Shown here one piece after another: positions 21,111 to 31,033 of a DNA stretch of 64,000 nt. Both the position numbers and the translations under genes were made by a program. Positions within the stretch are counted from its first letter, which is position 1. Each line of letters starts with the position of its first letter. Below the pieces are notes generated by a model. The model worked only from the letters and a program-made list of their open reading frames with translations. It was not told the DNA's origin and made no database searches. This DNA comes from Patescibacteria group bacterium (GTDB taxonomy: Bacteria > Patescibacteriota > Microgenomatia > UBA10105 > UBA927), in contig JBMOPU010000012.1 in assembly GCA_049322955.1 (NCBI GenBank), positions 147,581 to 211,580 of the forward strand, read 5' to 3'.

Positions 21111-21731
21111 ATGGCTGAAGGATTTGAAAAAACAACATTTCAGGAAGCGATAAGTGAAAGCGCCGTCGGCAAAGCCGTACGGGGAGCTATTTCCGAAGTT
21201 CAGCAAACCAATAAGGAATATTGGGATATACGGCAGGATATAGAGGGCAGAAAGAACGCCTCAGGAAAAGGGGTGTATAAACACTATGTCGAGAACATGG
21301 ATAAGATTCTGCACCACATGTATGCGGGCAAAGAGCTTGGTGTGGTCGGAAAAGTTGCCGAATTTTCCCAAAAAGTAGGAGCGAGAGTAGAGGCGGCGGT
21401 TGTATCTTTCGGTGCGGCAACCCTTGATATCCCGTATAACGTATTAACATGGCTTCCGCGTAAAATGAGCCCCTTCGGGCCGCCCAAGGATGTCTTTAAG
21501 CGATTGGCGCTTGCCCGTTTTGATATCAAGCTCGGACTTCGTGCCGCGGGGGCGGGTATTATGCGAGGGGAACTTGGGGTAGCGAAAGCCGTTCGCACCG
21601 GAGCAGAAGCGGTGTTGAGCGCTCCTGAGATTGCCGTACGTATGGCAAAGAAAAAGGTTGATCGCGTGGTGAACTGGATCAAAAGCCCGTTTGCCGAAGG
21701 CAAACCGTCAACACCCAAAGCGAGGCCATAA
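21111..21731 (+). CDS. Hypothetical amphipathic protein (array 'large' member, related to 36672)
   Basis: RBS GGAGG; promoter TTGACA 21045 / TACTAT 21069; segment 'AVVSFGAATLDIPYNVLTWLP'. Confidence 0.8.
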   Translation: MAEGFEKTTFQEAISESAVGKAVRGAISEVQQTNKEYWDIRQDIEGRKNASGKGVYKHYVENMDKILHHMYAGKELGVVGKVAEFSQKVGARVEAAVVSFGAATLDIPYNVLTWLPRKMSPFGPPKDVFKRLALARFDIKLGLRAAGAGIMRGELGVAKAVRTGAEAVLSAPEIAVRMAKKKVDRVVNWIKSPFAEGKPSTPKARP

Positions 21732-21756
21732 TAGTGTTTTATGAAAGGAGTTTTGT

Positions 21757-22086
21757 ATGGATGACAAACTGCGCGCCGTGGTAACGAGAGTCGAATTGTC
21801 AAAGCTTACCGAAAGCGAGAAAGAAGACGTCTATACCGCGCTTGCCGAGGGACTGCAGTCTACCGTCTGGCCGATTCTTATTAAATACATGCCGAAAGAT
21901 CAGCTCGATGATTTGGCGGCAAATCCGACCAAGGTCAATCTGGAAACATACGGCAAACTGATCGAAGATTCCGTAAAAGACGGACAAGCGTTAAAAGAAA
22001 TCGAAGCATTGATGCAGGATATCTTAACGGCTGTCGATAAGACCCTTACGGAGCAGGGAGTTCCCGAACTTCCGAGCACCGGCTAA
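21757..22086 (+). CDS. Small acidic helical protein, array partner family A (possibly DUF5663-like)
   Basis: RBS AAGGAG; shares AEGLQSTVWP and KYMP with 22773. Confidence 0.8.
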   Translation: MDDKLRAVVTRVELSKLTESEKEDVYTALAEGLQSTVWPILIKYMPKDQLDDLAANPTKVNLETYGKLIEDSVKDGQALKEIEALMQDILTAVDKTLTEQGVPELPSTG

Positions 22087-22089
22087 CCT

Positions 22090-22737
22090 ATGACGGAAGT
22101 AACACCACCGGTTGAAACTCAAAAGCTTTCCGGAGCGGCAAGGATTGTTGAAAGCCTCAAAAAATGGTCGCACGACCATCTGACGCTCCAGGGTAGAGAG
22201 GACAATATCTATCTTAAAAAATACGCGCAGATCGCGGAAAAACTTCCCCAAGATATGTCTGAAAATCATATGGCGCTTCTTGAGATGCGACTGCGAAAGG
22301 ATGCGCACAGTGCCGCGGTCGGCTCCATTATCGTAGACGCATTGATGACGGGAGGGGTGCTTGTCGGGGCGGGTGCGCTATTAAAGAAAGTTGATTTTGC
22401 ATTTCCCAAGTTTGAACGAAAAATACGGACGGCACCAAGGCCCGTGCCGCCACGAGAACAAGTCGTGCCGCCACCGCCAAAAGCAAATGAACCTGCCAGG
22501 TGGAGTCTGTTTGCCTTTGCCAAAAAAGTAAGTCGTATCCTTGAAGGGCATGGTGAAGATGTCGATATGGACAAAGTGGTAGCGGGTGCCGATACAATGC
22601 TTGATAAAGCGGCAAAAGTGAAATGGGATGCCCCTGCTGATTGGATGGAGAAGGGGATTGATAAAGCCGGAAAGGGTCTTCAGAAACTCTGGGGATGGCT
22701 TGACGGTTCCTTAGGCAAACTTGCGGACAATATGTAA
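22090..22737 (+). CDS. Hypothetical glycine-zipper protein (array 'large' member, related to 23110)
   Basis: 'KDAHSAAVGSIIVDALMTGGVLVGAGALL' hydrophobic hairpin; Pro-rich linker. Confidence 0.78.
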   Translation: MTEVTPPVETQKLSGAARIVESLKKWSHDHLTLQGREDNIYLKKYAQIAEKLPQDMSENHMALLEMRLRKDAHSAAVGSIIVDALMTGGVLVGAGALLKKVDFAFPKFERKIRTAPRPVPPREQVVPPPPKANEPARWSLFAFAKKVSRILEGHGEDVDMDKVVAGADTMLDKAAKVKWDAPADWMEKGIDKAGKGLQKLWGWLDGSLGKLADNM

Positions 22738-22772
22738 GCCTAAGTGTGCTACTATAAATTTTAGGAGGAACT

Positions 22773-23084
22773 ATGGAAGAAACATTGAAGGCGATCATTG
22801 CAAAAATTGAAAAATCCCAACTATCTGAAACCGAGAAAAATGAGCTCTACACCGTGATTGCTGAAGGACTTCAGAGCACCGTTTGGCCCGTTATGGTAAA
22901 ATATATGCCACAGCAAGACCTAGAGTATTTGACCGCTGATCCGAAGTCACGCATGACCGTCGAAAGTTATGCAAAGCTTATAGGGGATGTGGTGAAAGAC
23001 CCTGAGGCATTAGCGGCGATTGAACAGGCGGCGGGCAGTGTGCTTGCCAATGTTGAGTCGGTTTTAGCAGAGGAAAATATATAA
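22773..23084 (+). CDS. Small acidic helical protein, array partner family A
   Basis: RBS AGGAGG; clear paralog of 21757. Confidence 0.82.
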   Translation: MEETLKAIIAKIEKSQLSETEKNELYTVIAEGLQSTVWPVMVKYMPQQDLEYLTADPKSRMTVESYAKLIGDVVKDPEALAAIEQAAGSVLANVESVLAEENI

Positions 23085-23109
23085 TTGTTTGTACATGAAG
23101 GAGGTTCTT

Positions 23110-23937
23110 ATGACCGAAGTAGGAATGTCACCTGAGCGACAAGGATGGTTTGCGGGGCTCAAAGAAAAAGTCCGCAAGTCTTTTACCGTCCAGGGCGCGA
23201 AAGAAAAATTTTATCAGAACAACAGCGAACTTATCGCCAAAGCAACGGCAAACCTTTCCCCCGAGGATAAGCAGGCGGCATATGCCCAGATTGAACAGGA
23301 TGCGCTATCTTCGGCCAAAGTCGATGTTGCAACCCATTGGGGTGCCCTAGTATTGGGTACCACCGTTGCCGGTCTCGGCGGTGCGCTCCTAAACGACAAA
23401 GTCCGCGGGAGAGTAGGCGAGATGGGTAACTTCGGCAAAAAAGTTGCTGGTCTCGGTGACAAGGCAAAAGACGGGCTGATGCGGCTGGTCAGCCGTTTCA
23501 ATTTCCGAAGAGAGGGGAGTAGTAAGGGCCCCATTAATGTGGATGCAGTTTCCGAATCTATCAAGTCTGCCGCCGGTTATAAGCAACGGGTGGATGCGCT
23601 TACCCAGATGATCAACAGTGGAAAATATCAGGGCGAGGCATTGACCCGACTGCGAAGGAAACAAAGGTTGGCAATGCTAGATTTACGACGTGCCGACGCC
23701 TTGCTTTCCGGTCGTCCCGAGCTTAACAAAGTGCAGGAATTGTCCCGGCAAATCCAAGAAGCGATAAAGGCCGGCAAACCGGTTGATGATTTGGTGCGGC
23801 GACGAACTGACATGCAAAACGGATTGAATGATATTTTGTCTGCACGGAGAAAAGCCGGATTCAAAGGTTTGGAACGGGGCGACGTAAGCAACTATCAGAA
23901 AAAGATAGATGCCATAAAGGCTCGCAACAGATCCTAA
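23110..23937 (+). CDS. Hypothetical glycine-zipper/coiled-coil protein (array 'large' member)
   Basis: RBS AGGAGG; 'QDALSSAKVDVATHWGALVLGTTVAGLGGALL'; basic helical C-terminus. Confidence 0.8.
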   Translation: MTEVGMSPERQGWFAGLKEKVRKSFTVQGAKEKFYQNNSELIAKATANLSPEDKQAAYAQIEQDALSSAKVDVATHWGALVLGTTVAGLGGALLNDKVRGRVGEMGNFGKKVAGLGDKAKDGLMRLVSRFNFRREGSSKGPINVDAVSESIKSAAGYKQRVDALTQMINSGKYQGEALTRLRRKQRLAMLDLRRADALLSGRPELNKVQELSRQIQEAIKAGKPVDDLVRRRTDMQNGLNDILSARRKAGFKGLERGDVSNYQKKIDAIKARNRS

Positions 23938-24071
23938 CGTCCTATTCTTCACTTTGTTGCCATACGCTGGATCAGCATATCTTGGGAAGTTATCTGTGTT
24001 TGTGGTGATGGAACAGCTCGTGCGTTACGAAGATACACGAAAATACGCGTAAATACGCTACAATAGTGGAT

Positions 24072-26297
24072 ATGACCGCAGAAGCGATCGGCAAACGACA
24101 GGAAGTTCCCCGTATTCAGGAATCAGGGCTGAACTTTTCTCCCGAATCGTTGGTTGCCGCGGGAAAACTCGCCTCAGAGATTGCCGCCAATACCCCCCCT
24201 GAAGCTTCCGACGTTTCCCAAATGGTAAAGACGATAGGCAGTGATCTGGCCAAAGAGGGACTTCCCATAGCAAAAGAAGACTATAAAGCCGTGATGAAGC
24301 AAGCGGAGGCCGCGTATCTTCGTCACCGCGGACAGCAAACGGTTCCCGAGCATACCCCCGACATTGAAACCGTCTCTCCGATAGATCTTGCCGAATACAG
24401 GGATGTGATGGGGGAGCTCTTTAAAACATATAAATTAGGAAGCGGCAGTTGGCAGACGGTGACCGGCATTTATGGAGCTACCGACCTTATCGGCAACGTG
24501 ATCGGCGGGTACCAGACGAAACCGTGGATAAGCGAAGAATCCCGGAAGGCATTTACGGAAAAAGTAGAAGGGGGACTTGAGCTTCTTCAGGCACGGCAAA
24601 CGCCGTTACAGGAGCTGGGCCGCACCCTCAAGCGTCTGCCCGCCGAAACAAAGAAAAAAGCCGCCGGGCTACTCCTTTCTGCTACCTGGCCGTGGGTCGC
24701 AGGAACGGCTCATTGGTTTATCGGCAGACAAGCGGAAAAATTTGCGCATAAACTCATCGTGCGGGAGGGAATGAATTTACAGAAGGCCGTCAATACCCGT
24801 ATCGCCGAATCGTTATTTATGCGGGATTTTGAGTTTCTTCATGACAAACCCGCGGGAGAAATCATGGAGATTGTTAACAACGGCAAATTATCGACCATTG
24901 ATCTGGTTCGTGTTACGTACACGGAGTTTCTTCCGACGATTTTGGGCATACTAAGCCAGTTGCCCCGCCAATATGTTACCGGAAAATTGGAATTTATGTC
25001 TTCACTTATCAAAATGCCGTTTCTTTTAATGCGCAGTGAACAAAACGCGAAACTTATGCAAGAAAATAGAGCGGCTGAACTTGCCAAAATGGATAAAGTG
25101 AACACGAAGCTCATGACCACGCTTGCCGGTCTTGAATCGGTGCGAACATCAGGAAATGCGACCGGCGGATCGGTAAGTATGCTTGATCTGTTAACGGAAC
25201 GTGACACGGTGGCGGGGAAGGGTCTTCGCCAAAAACTCGCGGGACAACGGCAGATGAATATGTTCTTTGACGTGATGGATGTCGCCCTGCCGTTTATGAG
25301 CGAGGCGTTGCAGTTTAATAAACAACGTCCACCGGGCAAGCTGTCGGGGGAGGGAGCATTTAACTTCGGTGTCGATGCACTGTCACGGGTGATTAACTCC
25401 AAGAATCAACAGATGGAGCTTCGTGCGGCATTTGCCGGTTTGACGAGACTCTATGTCGATAACATTATTCCCGATATTCAGGATATCAAGCGCATGGAGG
25501 AACTCCTCGGCAAATACGACGCGTTAGATAGGCCAAACGGCCCTCGGGAACGGGCTCGGGTTGCGGTGGGGAAGTTGACGAACACGGATATTCGTGTCGA
25601 GAACCTTTCTTATAAAGGCATCATCAATAACGTTTCCCTGGATATCCCGCAAGGATCATTCGTGACCATTAAGGGCGAGTCCGGAACGGGGAAAACGACA
25701 TTCATCCGTAATCTTGTCGGTCTTTACACGCCGGAATCGGGATCGGTGACGATTGGCGGCGTCCCCATCGACGGCATAAAAAAGTACGGAACCGAATCGG
25801 TATCGAGTATTGTCGGCTATGCCAATCAAAACCCTCAGATTCTTGAAGGCATGACTCTCAAGGAAAACTTGTTGTTATGGTCCCAACAGCAGGTTCCCGA
25901 TGCGGTACTGACGAAAACACTTAAGGATCTCCGTTTGGAGCATCTTACCGATAGACTTGATAAAGCGACCAAGCATTTTTCGGGCGGTGAACTTCGGCGT
26001 ATCGGCATAGCCCGGGCGCTTCTGAAAAATCCGAAAATACTTGTGCTTGATGAACCGACCGCAAGCCTTGATGAAGCGTCAGCACAGCAGGTCATGGATA
26101 TCATCCAGCGTTTGCGAATAGAGCGTCCTGATATGACGGTGGTTGCCATTACCCATGACCCGGTATTTGAAAATATCTCCGAGCGTATCATAGATTTTTC
26201 ACAGATAAATAAGTCAAGGTCATCGGAAGCATACGGAAACCGTCAGCTCAAAGATCACCAGATATTGGAAGCAATTGCCCGGCCGAAGCGGCCGTGA
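24072..26297 (+). CDS. ABC exporter-like protein (N-terminal extension + divergent membrane domain + ABC ATPase)
   Basis: Walker A GESGTGKT, signature FSGGE, Walker B ILVLDEPT, H-loop ITHD; EAA-like 'FEFLHDKPAGEIM'. Confidence 0.85.
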   Translation: MTAEAIGKRQEVPRIQESGLNFSPESLVAAGKLASEIAANTPPEASDVSQMVKTIGSDLAKEGLPIAKEDYKAVMKQAEAAYLRHRGQQTVPEHTPDIETVSPIDLAEYRDVMGELFKTYKLGSGSWQTVTGIYGATDLIGNVIGGYQTKPWISEESRKAFTEKVEGGLELLQARQTPLQELGRTLKRLPAETKKKAAGLLLSATWPWVAGTAHWFIGRQAEKFAHKLIVREGMNLQKAVNTRIAESLFMRDFEFLHDKPAGEIMEIVNNGKLSTIDLVRVTYTEFLPTILGILSQLPRQYVTGKLEFMSSLIKMPFLLMRSEQNAKLMQENRAAELAKMDKVNTKLMTTLAGLESVRTSGNATGGSVSMLDLLTERDTVAGKGLRQKLAGQRQMNMFFDVMDVALPFMSEALQFNKQRPPGKLSGEGAFNFGVDALSRVINSKNQQMELRAAFAGLTRLYVDNIIPDIQDIKRMEELLGKYDALDRPNGPRERARVAVGKLTNTDIRVENLSYKGIINNVSLDIPQGSFVTIKGESGTGKTTFIRNLVGLYTPESGSVTIGGVPIDGIKKYGTESVSSIVGYANQNPQILEGMTLKENLLLWSQQQVPDAVLTKTLKDLRLEHLTDRLDKATKHFSGGELRRIGIARALLKNPKILVLDEPTASLDEASAQQVMDIIQRLRIERPDMTVVAITHDPVFENISERIIDFSQINKSRSSEAYGNRQLKDHQILEAIARPKRP

Positions 26298-26312
26298 CGA
26301 TAGCTTGCGAAA

Positions 26313-27374
26313 ATGGAAAAAACTGCCCATACTGAAGCTATGAATGATTTTTCGCCGGAAACACCCGAATCGCGAATATCCGTGTCACCTGAATTAGGGC
26401 AACGGATAGGGGAAGCTAAGTCGGGGATTGAAGAAAATAGGGACATGCCGGCTTCAGAAATAGCCACCAACACCGAACAAATGGGGCTTCTTGCTTCTTT
26501 GGGCGGGCTGTATAAGGATATGGCCAAAAAGAAGCTCGGTATCGCATTCAAAGATGTGAAAGCGGCGCTTGCCATTGTTCCCTTTGTTCCTCTCGCCAGC
26601 GAAGCGATAGCGGTAGCAAAGGGAGGGGCAAAATTGGAAAGTATTGCTACGAAAGTGCATAAGGCCGCGTATGCGGAGTCCGCCGCAATCAAGGCTCAAA
26701 AAACGGCAAATAAAGCGGAGCGTTGGGCAAAATGGTTTCGCAAAAGCGAAAAAGCGCAACAGCGATTGGGTGCGGCGAAGGACGCACTGGGAATCGCAAA
26801 CGCTGAAGCATCCACCGCCACTGCCGCGGCAAAGAAGGCTTTGGAACGGGGATTGAAACAGGGAGTGCCTGTTGAGGGATCGGCCTCACGATTCGTGCGC
26901 AAACATATTGTTCATGACATCCGTGATGCCGACTATGTACTTAATTACGAAAAAGCGATAAAAAGCGGTAAAGCGTTGACCGATGCGGAAAAAATACTTT
27001 CCACGGCAACGGGGGAAGTTGCGGCAAAAACGTTTGGGGAAAAAGCGGTTCATAAGGCAAAAACAATCGGCAAACATACGCTTCTTCACTCGCTAGGCCC
27101 CATCATCGATCCGACGCCGAATGTCCCACATGCGGTTGTGCTGGGCTCATTTGGTGCGGAATTATTCGGTCAAGTATGGGCGGGACTTATTCCGCCCGTC
27201 TGGCAGTATCTTCACAACCGATATGAAGACGTCAAAGTCGGGTGGGATACGGCGGTCAAAGCCAAAGATATTATCACAACGCATTTTTCTCAAAAAGTCG
27301 ATAAACTGAAAACACCGGAAGTGGCAAAAGCCGCCGAGGTTTTTGTGCCGTCAGATGCTCCCGCGGCACCATGA
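26313..27374 (+). CDS. Hypothetical Ala/Lys-rich coiled-coil protein with hydrophobic hairpins (array 'large' member)
   Basis: Acidic Pro-rich N-terminus; 'AALAIVPFVPL'; 'AVVLGSFGAELFGQVWAGLIPPVWQYL'. Confidence 0.8.
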   Translation: MEKTAHTEAMNDFSPETPESRISVSPELGQRIGEAKSGIEENRDMPASEIATNTEQMGLLASLGGLYKDMAKKKLGIAFKDVKAALAIVPFVPLASEAIAVAKGGAKLESIATKVHKAAYAESAAIKAQKTANKAERWAKWFRKSEKAQQRLGAAKDALGIANAEASTATAAAKKALERGLKQGVPVEGSASRFVRKHIVHDIRDADYVLNYEKAIKSGKALTDAEKILSTATGEVAAKTFGEKAVHKAKTIGKHTLLHSLGPIIDPTPNVPHAVVLGSFGAELFGQVWAGLIPPVWQYLHNRYEDVKVGWDTAVKAKDIITTHFSQKVDKLKTPEVAKAAEVFVPSDAPAAP

Positions 27375-27378
27375 TGCT

Positions 27379-27651
27379 ATGAATAAAAAAATCGCGCTTG
27401 TCACCCTCATTGAAGCGAGTATCATCCTGTCGGATGAAGATAGGCTTATGTTGCTTGATTTGGTGCCAGGACTTACCGAAAAACAGGTGGATGCGCTGGG
27501 CAAGTTTTTCGCCCTGGAGCGCAAATTTGTTTTGAGCAATGAGGATGATGTAAAACAAAAGATTGAATCATTGCTTACCGGTCTGGATCGACAGGATACC
27601 GATACTGTGTATGTAGGGAGCGGGAATGCATTCGACCAAGGAACAAAATAA
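27379..27651 (+). CDS. Small acidic helical protein, array partner family B
   Basis: 'LIEASIILSDEDRLMLL' motif; starts 4 nt after the upstream stop. Confidence 0.75.
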   Translation: MNKKIALVTLIEASIILSDEDRLMLLDLVPGLTEKQVDALGKFFALERKFVLSNEDDVKQKIESLLTGLDRQDTDTVYVGSGNAFDQGTK

Positions 27652-27699
27652 CATAAGAAGTTAACTATTACTTTGTCAGTTTATTCATGAGTCGTACCT

Positions 27700-28593
27700 A
27701 TGGCAGAGAGTATCATCAAAGACTTTAAAGGAAAAAACGATTGGGTCTATGTCGGTAAAAGTGAAGCCCCGAAACCTTCCGAGAAAAAAGCTGACACGTT
27801 ATTTCATCAGTATATGCAGGAAGTGTTTGACGTGGCGGCTCCCGTGATGATCGGCGAGCTTGACGGGGCGGCAGGGGCGCAAGCGGCCCTTGCCTCTGCA
27901 ACGCTTTCGCTTGCAGACAAAGCGCATACCGACGCCACTTCAACCGCCTCCCTCCCGGATAAATCAACATTTGCCAAACGATGGCTCGCGCTGGAACAGC
28001 GGGTCGGCAATGATGATCACCAAAATAGGTTGGGAAAGCTTCTGACCAGTTTTGTATATATGGGCGGGTCATTTGCTATGAACCTGGGGAGCGAAGTGGT
28101 TGCCGATGTATTGTATCGCGGCAAATCGAAAGTACCGCTCCCTCTGGGACGTTCCATCAACATCTCAAAAGAAACGGGTAATCAGCGCATGCTTGACGCA
28201 GGCTGGGAGTATCTCACCGATTATGGGGTCGAAAAAACGGTGGACTGGTCGGCTCAGAAGCTGGCCAATCGGGAAAATATCGGCTTTGTTTCGCCGCTCT
28301 CGCGTGCGATCAGTAAAATCGGCAACACGATTATCAATGCCACGAGAAATTTTGATGAACATAATTTTTCCACGGCCGTAAAACGCTCGCTCTTAAGCCC
28401 GGGATTTATCGAAGGGGCGTTTCGTTTTGCAGGTGCGCTTCCGGGCGGCGGATTTATCAAGGAATTGTACGGCAAAGCCAATAAACAAATCATGAAAGGG
28501 GAAGGAGTCATTCCCTTGGGAGCTGATCTTGCGTTTAACATGATATTTGCCAAGGTGCTTTACAAGATGCAACAGGGAGGAGCAAAGCCATAA
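27700..28593 (+). CDS. Hypothetical amphipathic protein (array family L, related to 28948/30287/31034/36178)
   Basis: 'EYLTDYGVEK' and 'LLSPGFIEGAFRFAGALPGGG' motifs. Confidence 0.8.
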   Translation: MAESIIKDFKGKNDWVYVGKSEAPKPSEKKADTLFHQYMQEVFDVAAPVMIGELDGAAGAQAALASATLSLADKAHTDATSTASLPDKSTFAKRWLALEQRVGNDDHQNRLGKLLTSFVYMGGSFAMNLGSEVVADVLYRGKSKVPLPLGRSINISKETGNQRMLDAGWEYLTDYGVEKTVDWSAQKLANRENIGFVSPLSRAISKIGNTIINATRNFDEHNFSTAVKRSLLSPGFIEGAFRFAGALPGGGFIKELYGKANKQIMKGEGVIPLGADLAFNMIFAKVLYKMQQGGAKP

Positions 28594-28911
28594 ATGGATA
28601 TATCGATACAGCAATTTTGTGATCAGGTACTGCGAAGTCGGGCTCTTTCTCAGGAACAGAAAGAACTGCTCGTTGCCGATCCTGAAGCATTGCCGTCCTC
28701 ATACCGTGAGGAGGTTGCGGCCATTCTCTCGGCATTTGACGACCAATCGATGCAACGGGAGGAGTACCTACGAAATGCCGTGGAAGACCGTATGCGGCAG
28801 TTTGAAAAAAAACTTGAAGAAGAGGGGACTGATGCGCCGACGACGCATGCATTACTCAAAAAGGCAAAAGCGTTGAGTGCATCATTGTTTCCCGTAAAGC
28901 ACGTTGTTTGA
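28594..28911 (+). CDS. Small acidic helical protein, array partner family B
   Basis: 'VLRSRALSQEQKELLV'; directly abuts the upstream stop. Confidence 0.78.
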   Translation: MDISIQQFCDQVLRSRALSQEQKELLVADPEALPSSYREEVAAILSAFDDQSMQREEYLRNAVEDRMRQFEKKLEEEGTDAPTTHALLKKAKALSASLFPVKHVV

Positions 28912-28947
28912 CGGCGCAGGGAATCTCCTATACGCTAGAAGAAGAGT

Positions 28948-29934
28948 ATGCAACACCATCATGAAATACCGCAGTGGCACCCGCCCCAAGAAGCGATGCC
29001 CGCCAAGGAAGGCAATTTGACGAAGGAGCAGTCGCTCTTTCAACGGCTGGGAGTAGCCGTAGCGGAAACGGTCAAAGATATCCGTGATGCAAATGATATG
29101 GCGAAACGAAAGTTTGATGGAGATAGCGCGCTGATGCGCGTAGCTCGTGGTGCGCTGACCGGTGCGGTTGGCGCGGGGCTTGAACTTGCCACGGATGATA
29201 TGTTTAGTAAGGCCTGGCGGGGGGAAGGACCTATCTTCGAGCGATTTATCATGGGTGAAAATACCGGCAAAAAACTCGCAAAACTTTCGGAACAACATCC
29301 CAGGATTTCCCATTTTGTGAAAGAAGGTACCCAAGATGTTGCACTCGCGGCGCTTTACAACTTTATCGCCTATAGGTCACAGCCGATTTTTACCCAAGTC
29401 GAATCACCTCATGTGCTTCGGTCGCTCACCGCGGATGCTTTGGAAGCCGGATTTATCAACAGCATCCCGGCGGAAATGAAAACAGCGGTTTCTGCCATAA
29501 ATCAACCCAAAGTGGATAGGTGGCAACATCAGCGTCGTCGTTTTCGGCGCCCTAAGCAAAAAAAATATCCCTTGGGGGGTGAAGGTTCGGAGATGATGAT
29601 GAATGATTTTTTCAAAAAAAAGCCTTCAGCAGATATGCAAGCCGCACGAATATCGGGGAAAAATACCCCAGGAACTGTCCCCGAGAGGCAGGGGGTATTG
29701 GGAAATGTCTTTAATCTTTCCAATCCCGTTACGCAACTAGGTCTTGAGATGGTATGGTCGGGCATGACCACCTTTGCAAAAAACTTTAGTGAACTGAGGA
29801 AAACACGCAAAGTGAATGAATGGTCGGGTGGCAAAGCAACGGTATCGGGAAAAGGAGAGAACGTGTATTACGGGAATTCGCATGGGAAATACACAAAGAG
29901 AAGGGGGTATGATGAGCGACTTGACGATCTATAA
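28948..29934 (+). CDS. Hypothetical amphipathic protein (array family L)
   Basis: 'GALTGAVGAGLELATD', 'EGTQDVALAALYN', 'LSNPVTQLG'; Arg-rich insert. Confidence 0.78.
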   Translation: MQHHHEIPQWHPPQEAMPAKEGNLTKEQSLFQRLGVAVAETVKDIRDANDMAKRKFDGDSALMRVARGALTGAVGAGLELATDDMFSKAWRGEGPIFERFIMGENTGKKLAKLSEQHPRISHFVKEGTQDVALAALYNFIAYRSQPIFTQVESPHVLRSLTADALEAGFINSIPAEMKTAVSAINQPKVDRWQHQRRRFRRPKQKKYPLGGEGSEMMMNDFFKKKPSADMQAARISGKNTPGTVPERQGVLGNVFNLSNPVTQLGLEMVWSGMTTFAKNFSELRKTRKVNEWSGGKATVSGKGENVYYGNSHGKYTKRRGYDERLDDL

Positions 29935-30202
29935 AAAGATACAAAATACCAAGCTGTTTAGCGATGCGCAGAAAGTGGCGCTTCTTGTTGCCATTGTTGA
30001 TGCCACCGATGAGGATAAAGCAAAACTGGAAGCCGGCATTGACGAATTCGACGCACGTTACGACAACGCCATTAAAAAGCATACGGCACAGATACAGTCA
30101 CTCCTGGGACACACGATGAAGGACCTTACCCCGGAAGAGAAAAAAGCTCAGGAAACGGCATTGCGATCGATCAGAGCTGGCTTTGGACTTCTGACCTCGT
30201 AA
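29909..30202 (+). CDS. Small helical protein, array partner family B
   Basis: 'IQNTKLFSDAQKVALL'; overlaps the end of the upstream gene. Confidence 0.75.
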   Translation: MMSDLTIYKKIQNTKLFSDAQKVALLVAIVDATDEDKAKLEAGIDEFDARYDNAIKKHTAQIQSLLGHTMKDLTPEEKKAQETALRSIRAGFGLLTS

Positions 30203-30286
30203 CCACACAAGCCTATTGCTATAGGACACTTCTTGTGGTATACTTCACGATAGTACCCAAGCATTGTGTTTGGGTTTGTTGTATCT

Positions 30287-31012
30287 ATGTCAAAAGAATC
30301 ACAACCAACCAGAGCCTATACGCCGGCGGAACAAGGGTTCCAGCGCCTGCTCATTCGCGAACAGAAGCATGAATCCCAGCCGGGTGACGGTCTCCGACGA
30401 CTGGGAATCAATTCCTCGCTCCTGATCGGATCAACCGCTCTTGATCTTGCCGAAAGTCATCTTGTCGATGCCGTGATTCGAAATCCCATGCATGATAGGA
30501 TTCATCAAATTAAGGAAAAGGGACCCAACTTTACCGAACAGGCAAAGCGGGCACAAGGCGTGCAATTTGCCGCCGAATTCGTTGAAGAGTGGGCATCCGA
30601 CAGTATTTATGCCAATATGGCAAATGCATGGGTTCGTGCCATGACCGGTATGGATGATGCTAAGTATGTTTCCGAAACCGCCGCATTCCTTGCGGAGTGG
30701 GGGAACGTCATTTCCCAGGTATTTTTGGCAGACAGACTGTATGGGAAGACAAAGACACATCACGGACATACGGTGCCGCAAACATATGGCAAGGTGAAAC
30801 TTGCCTACGCGTCGGCTGACTTTTTGAATCCCGTCAACGTCGAAGCGGCGATCCGGGTGATGGAAGAAGTACCCGTTATCGGGAAAGCAGTCTCCTGGAT
30901 GCATGATAAGACGGATCATTTGCTGGAAACCGCCGCCGTTCGGCTCGGGAGCGGCATTGCCGGAAAAGGTATTCTCGGCTATCATATCGGACGAAACGTA
31001 AAAGCGTTATAA
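30287..31012 (+). CDS. Hypothetical amphipathic protein (array family L)
   Basis: 'EEWASDSIYAN', 'FLNPVNVEAAIRVMEEVPVIG'. Confidence 0.8.
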   Translation: MSKESQPTRAYTPAEQGFQRLLIREQKHESQPGDGLRRLGINSSLLIGSTALDLAESHLVDAVIRNPMHDRIHQIKEKGPNFTEQAKRAQGVQFAAEFVEEWASDSIYANMANAWVRAMTGMDDAKYVSETAAFLAEWGNVISQVFLADRLYGKTKTHHGHTVPQTYGKVKLAYASADFLNPVNVEAAIRVMEEVPVIGKAVSWMHDKTDHLLETAAVRLGSGIAGKGILGYHIGRNVKAL

Positions 31013-31033
31013 ACGGCTTTTCATCTTTTTGCT

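Noticed and set aside
23938-24071. Possible remnant of a small partner gene after 23110
   Set aside because: The frames I examined show no family A/B motif; more likely the promoter region of the ABC gene
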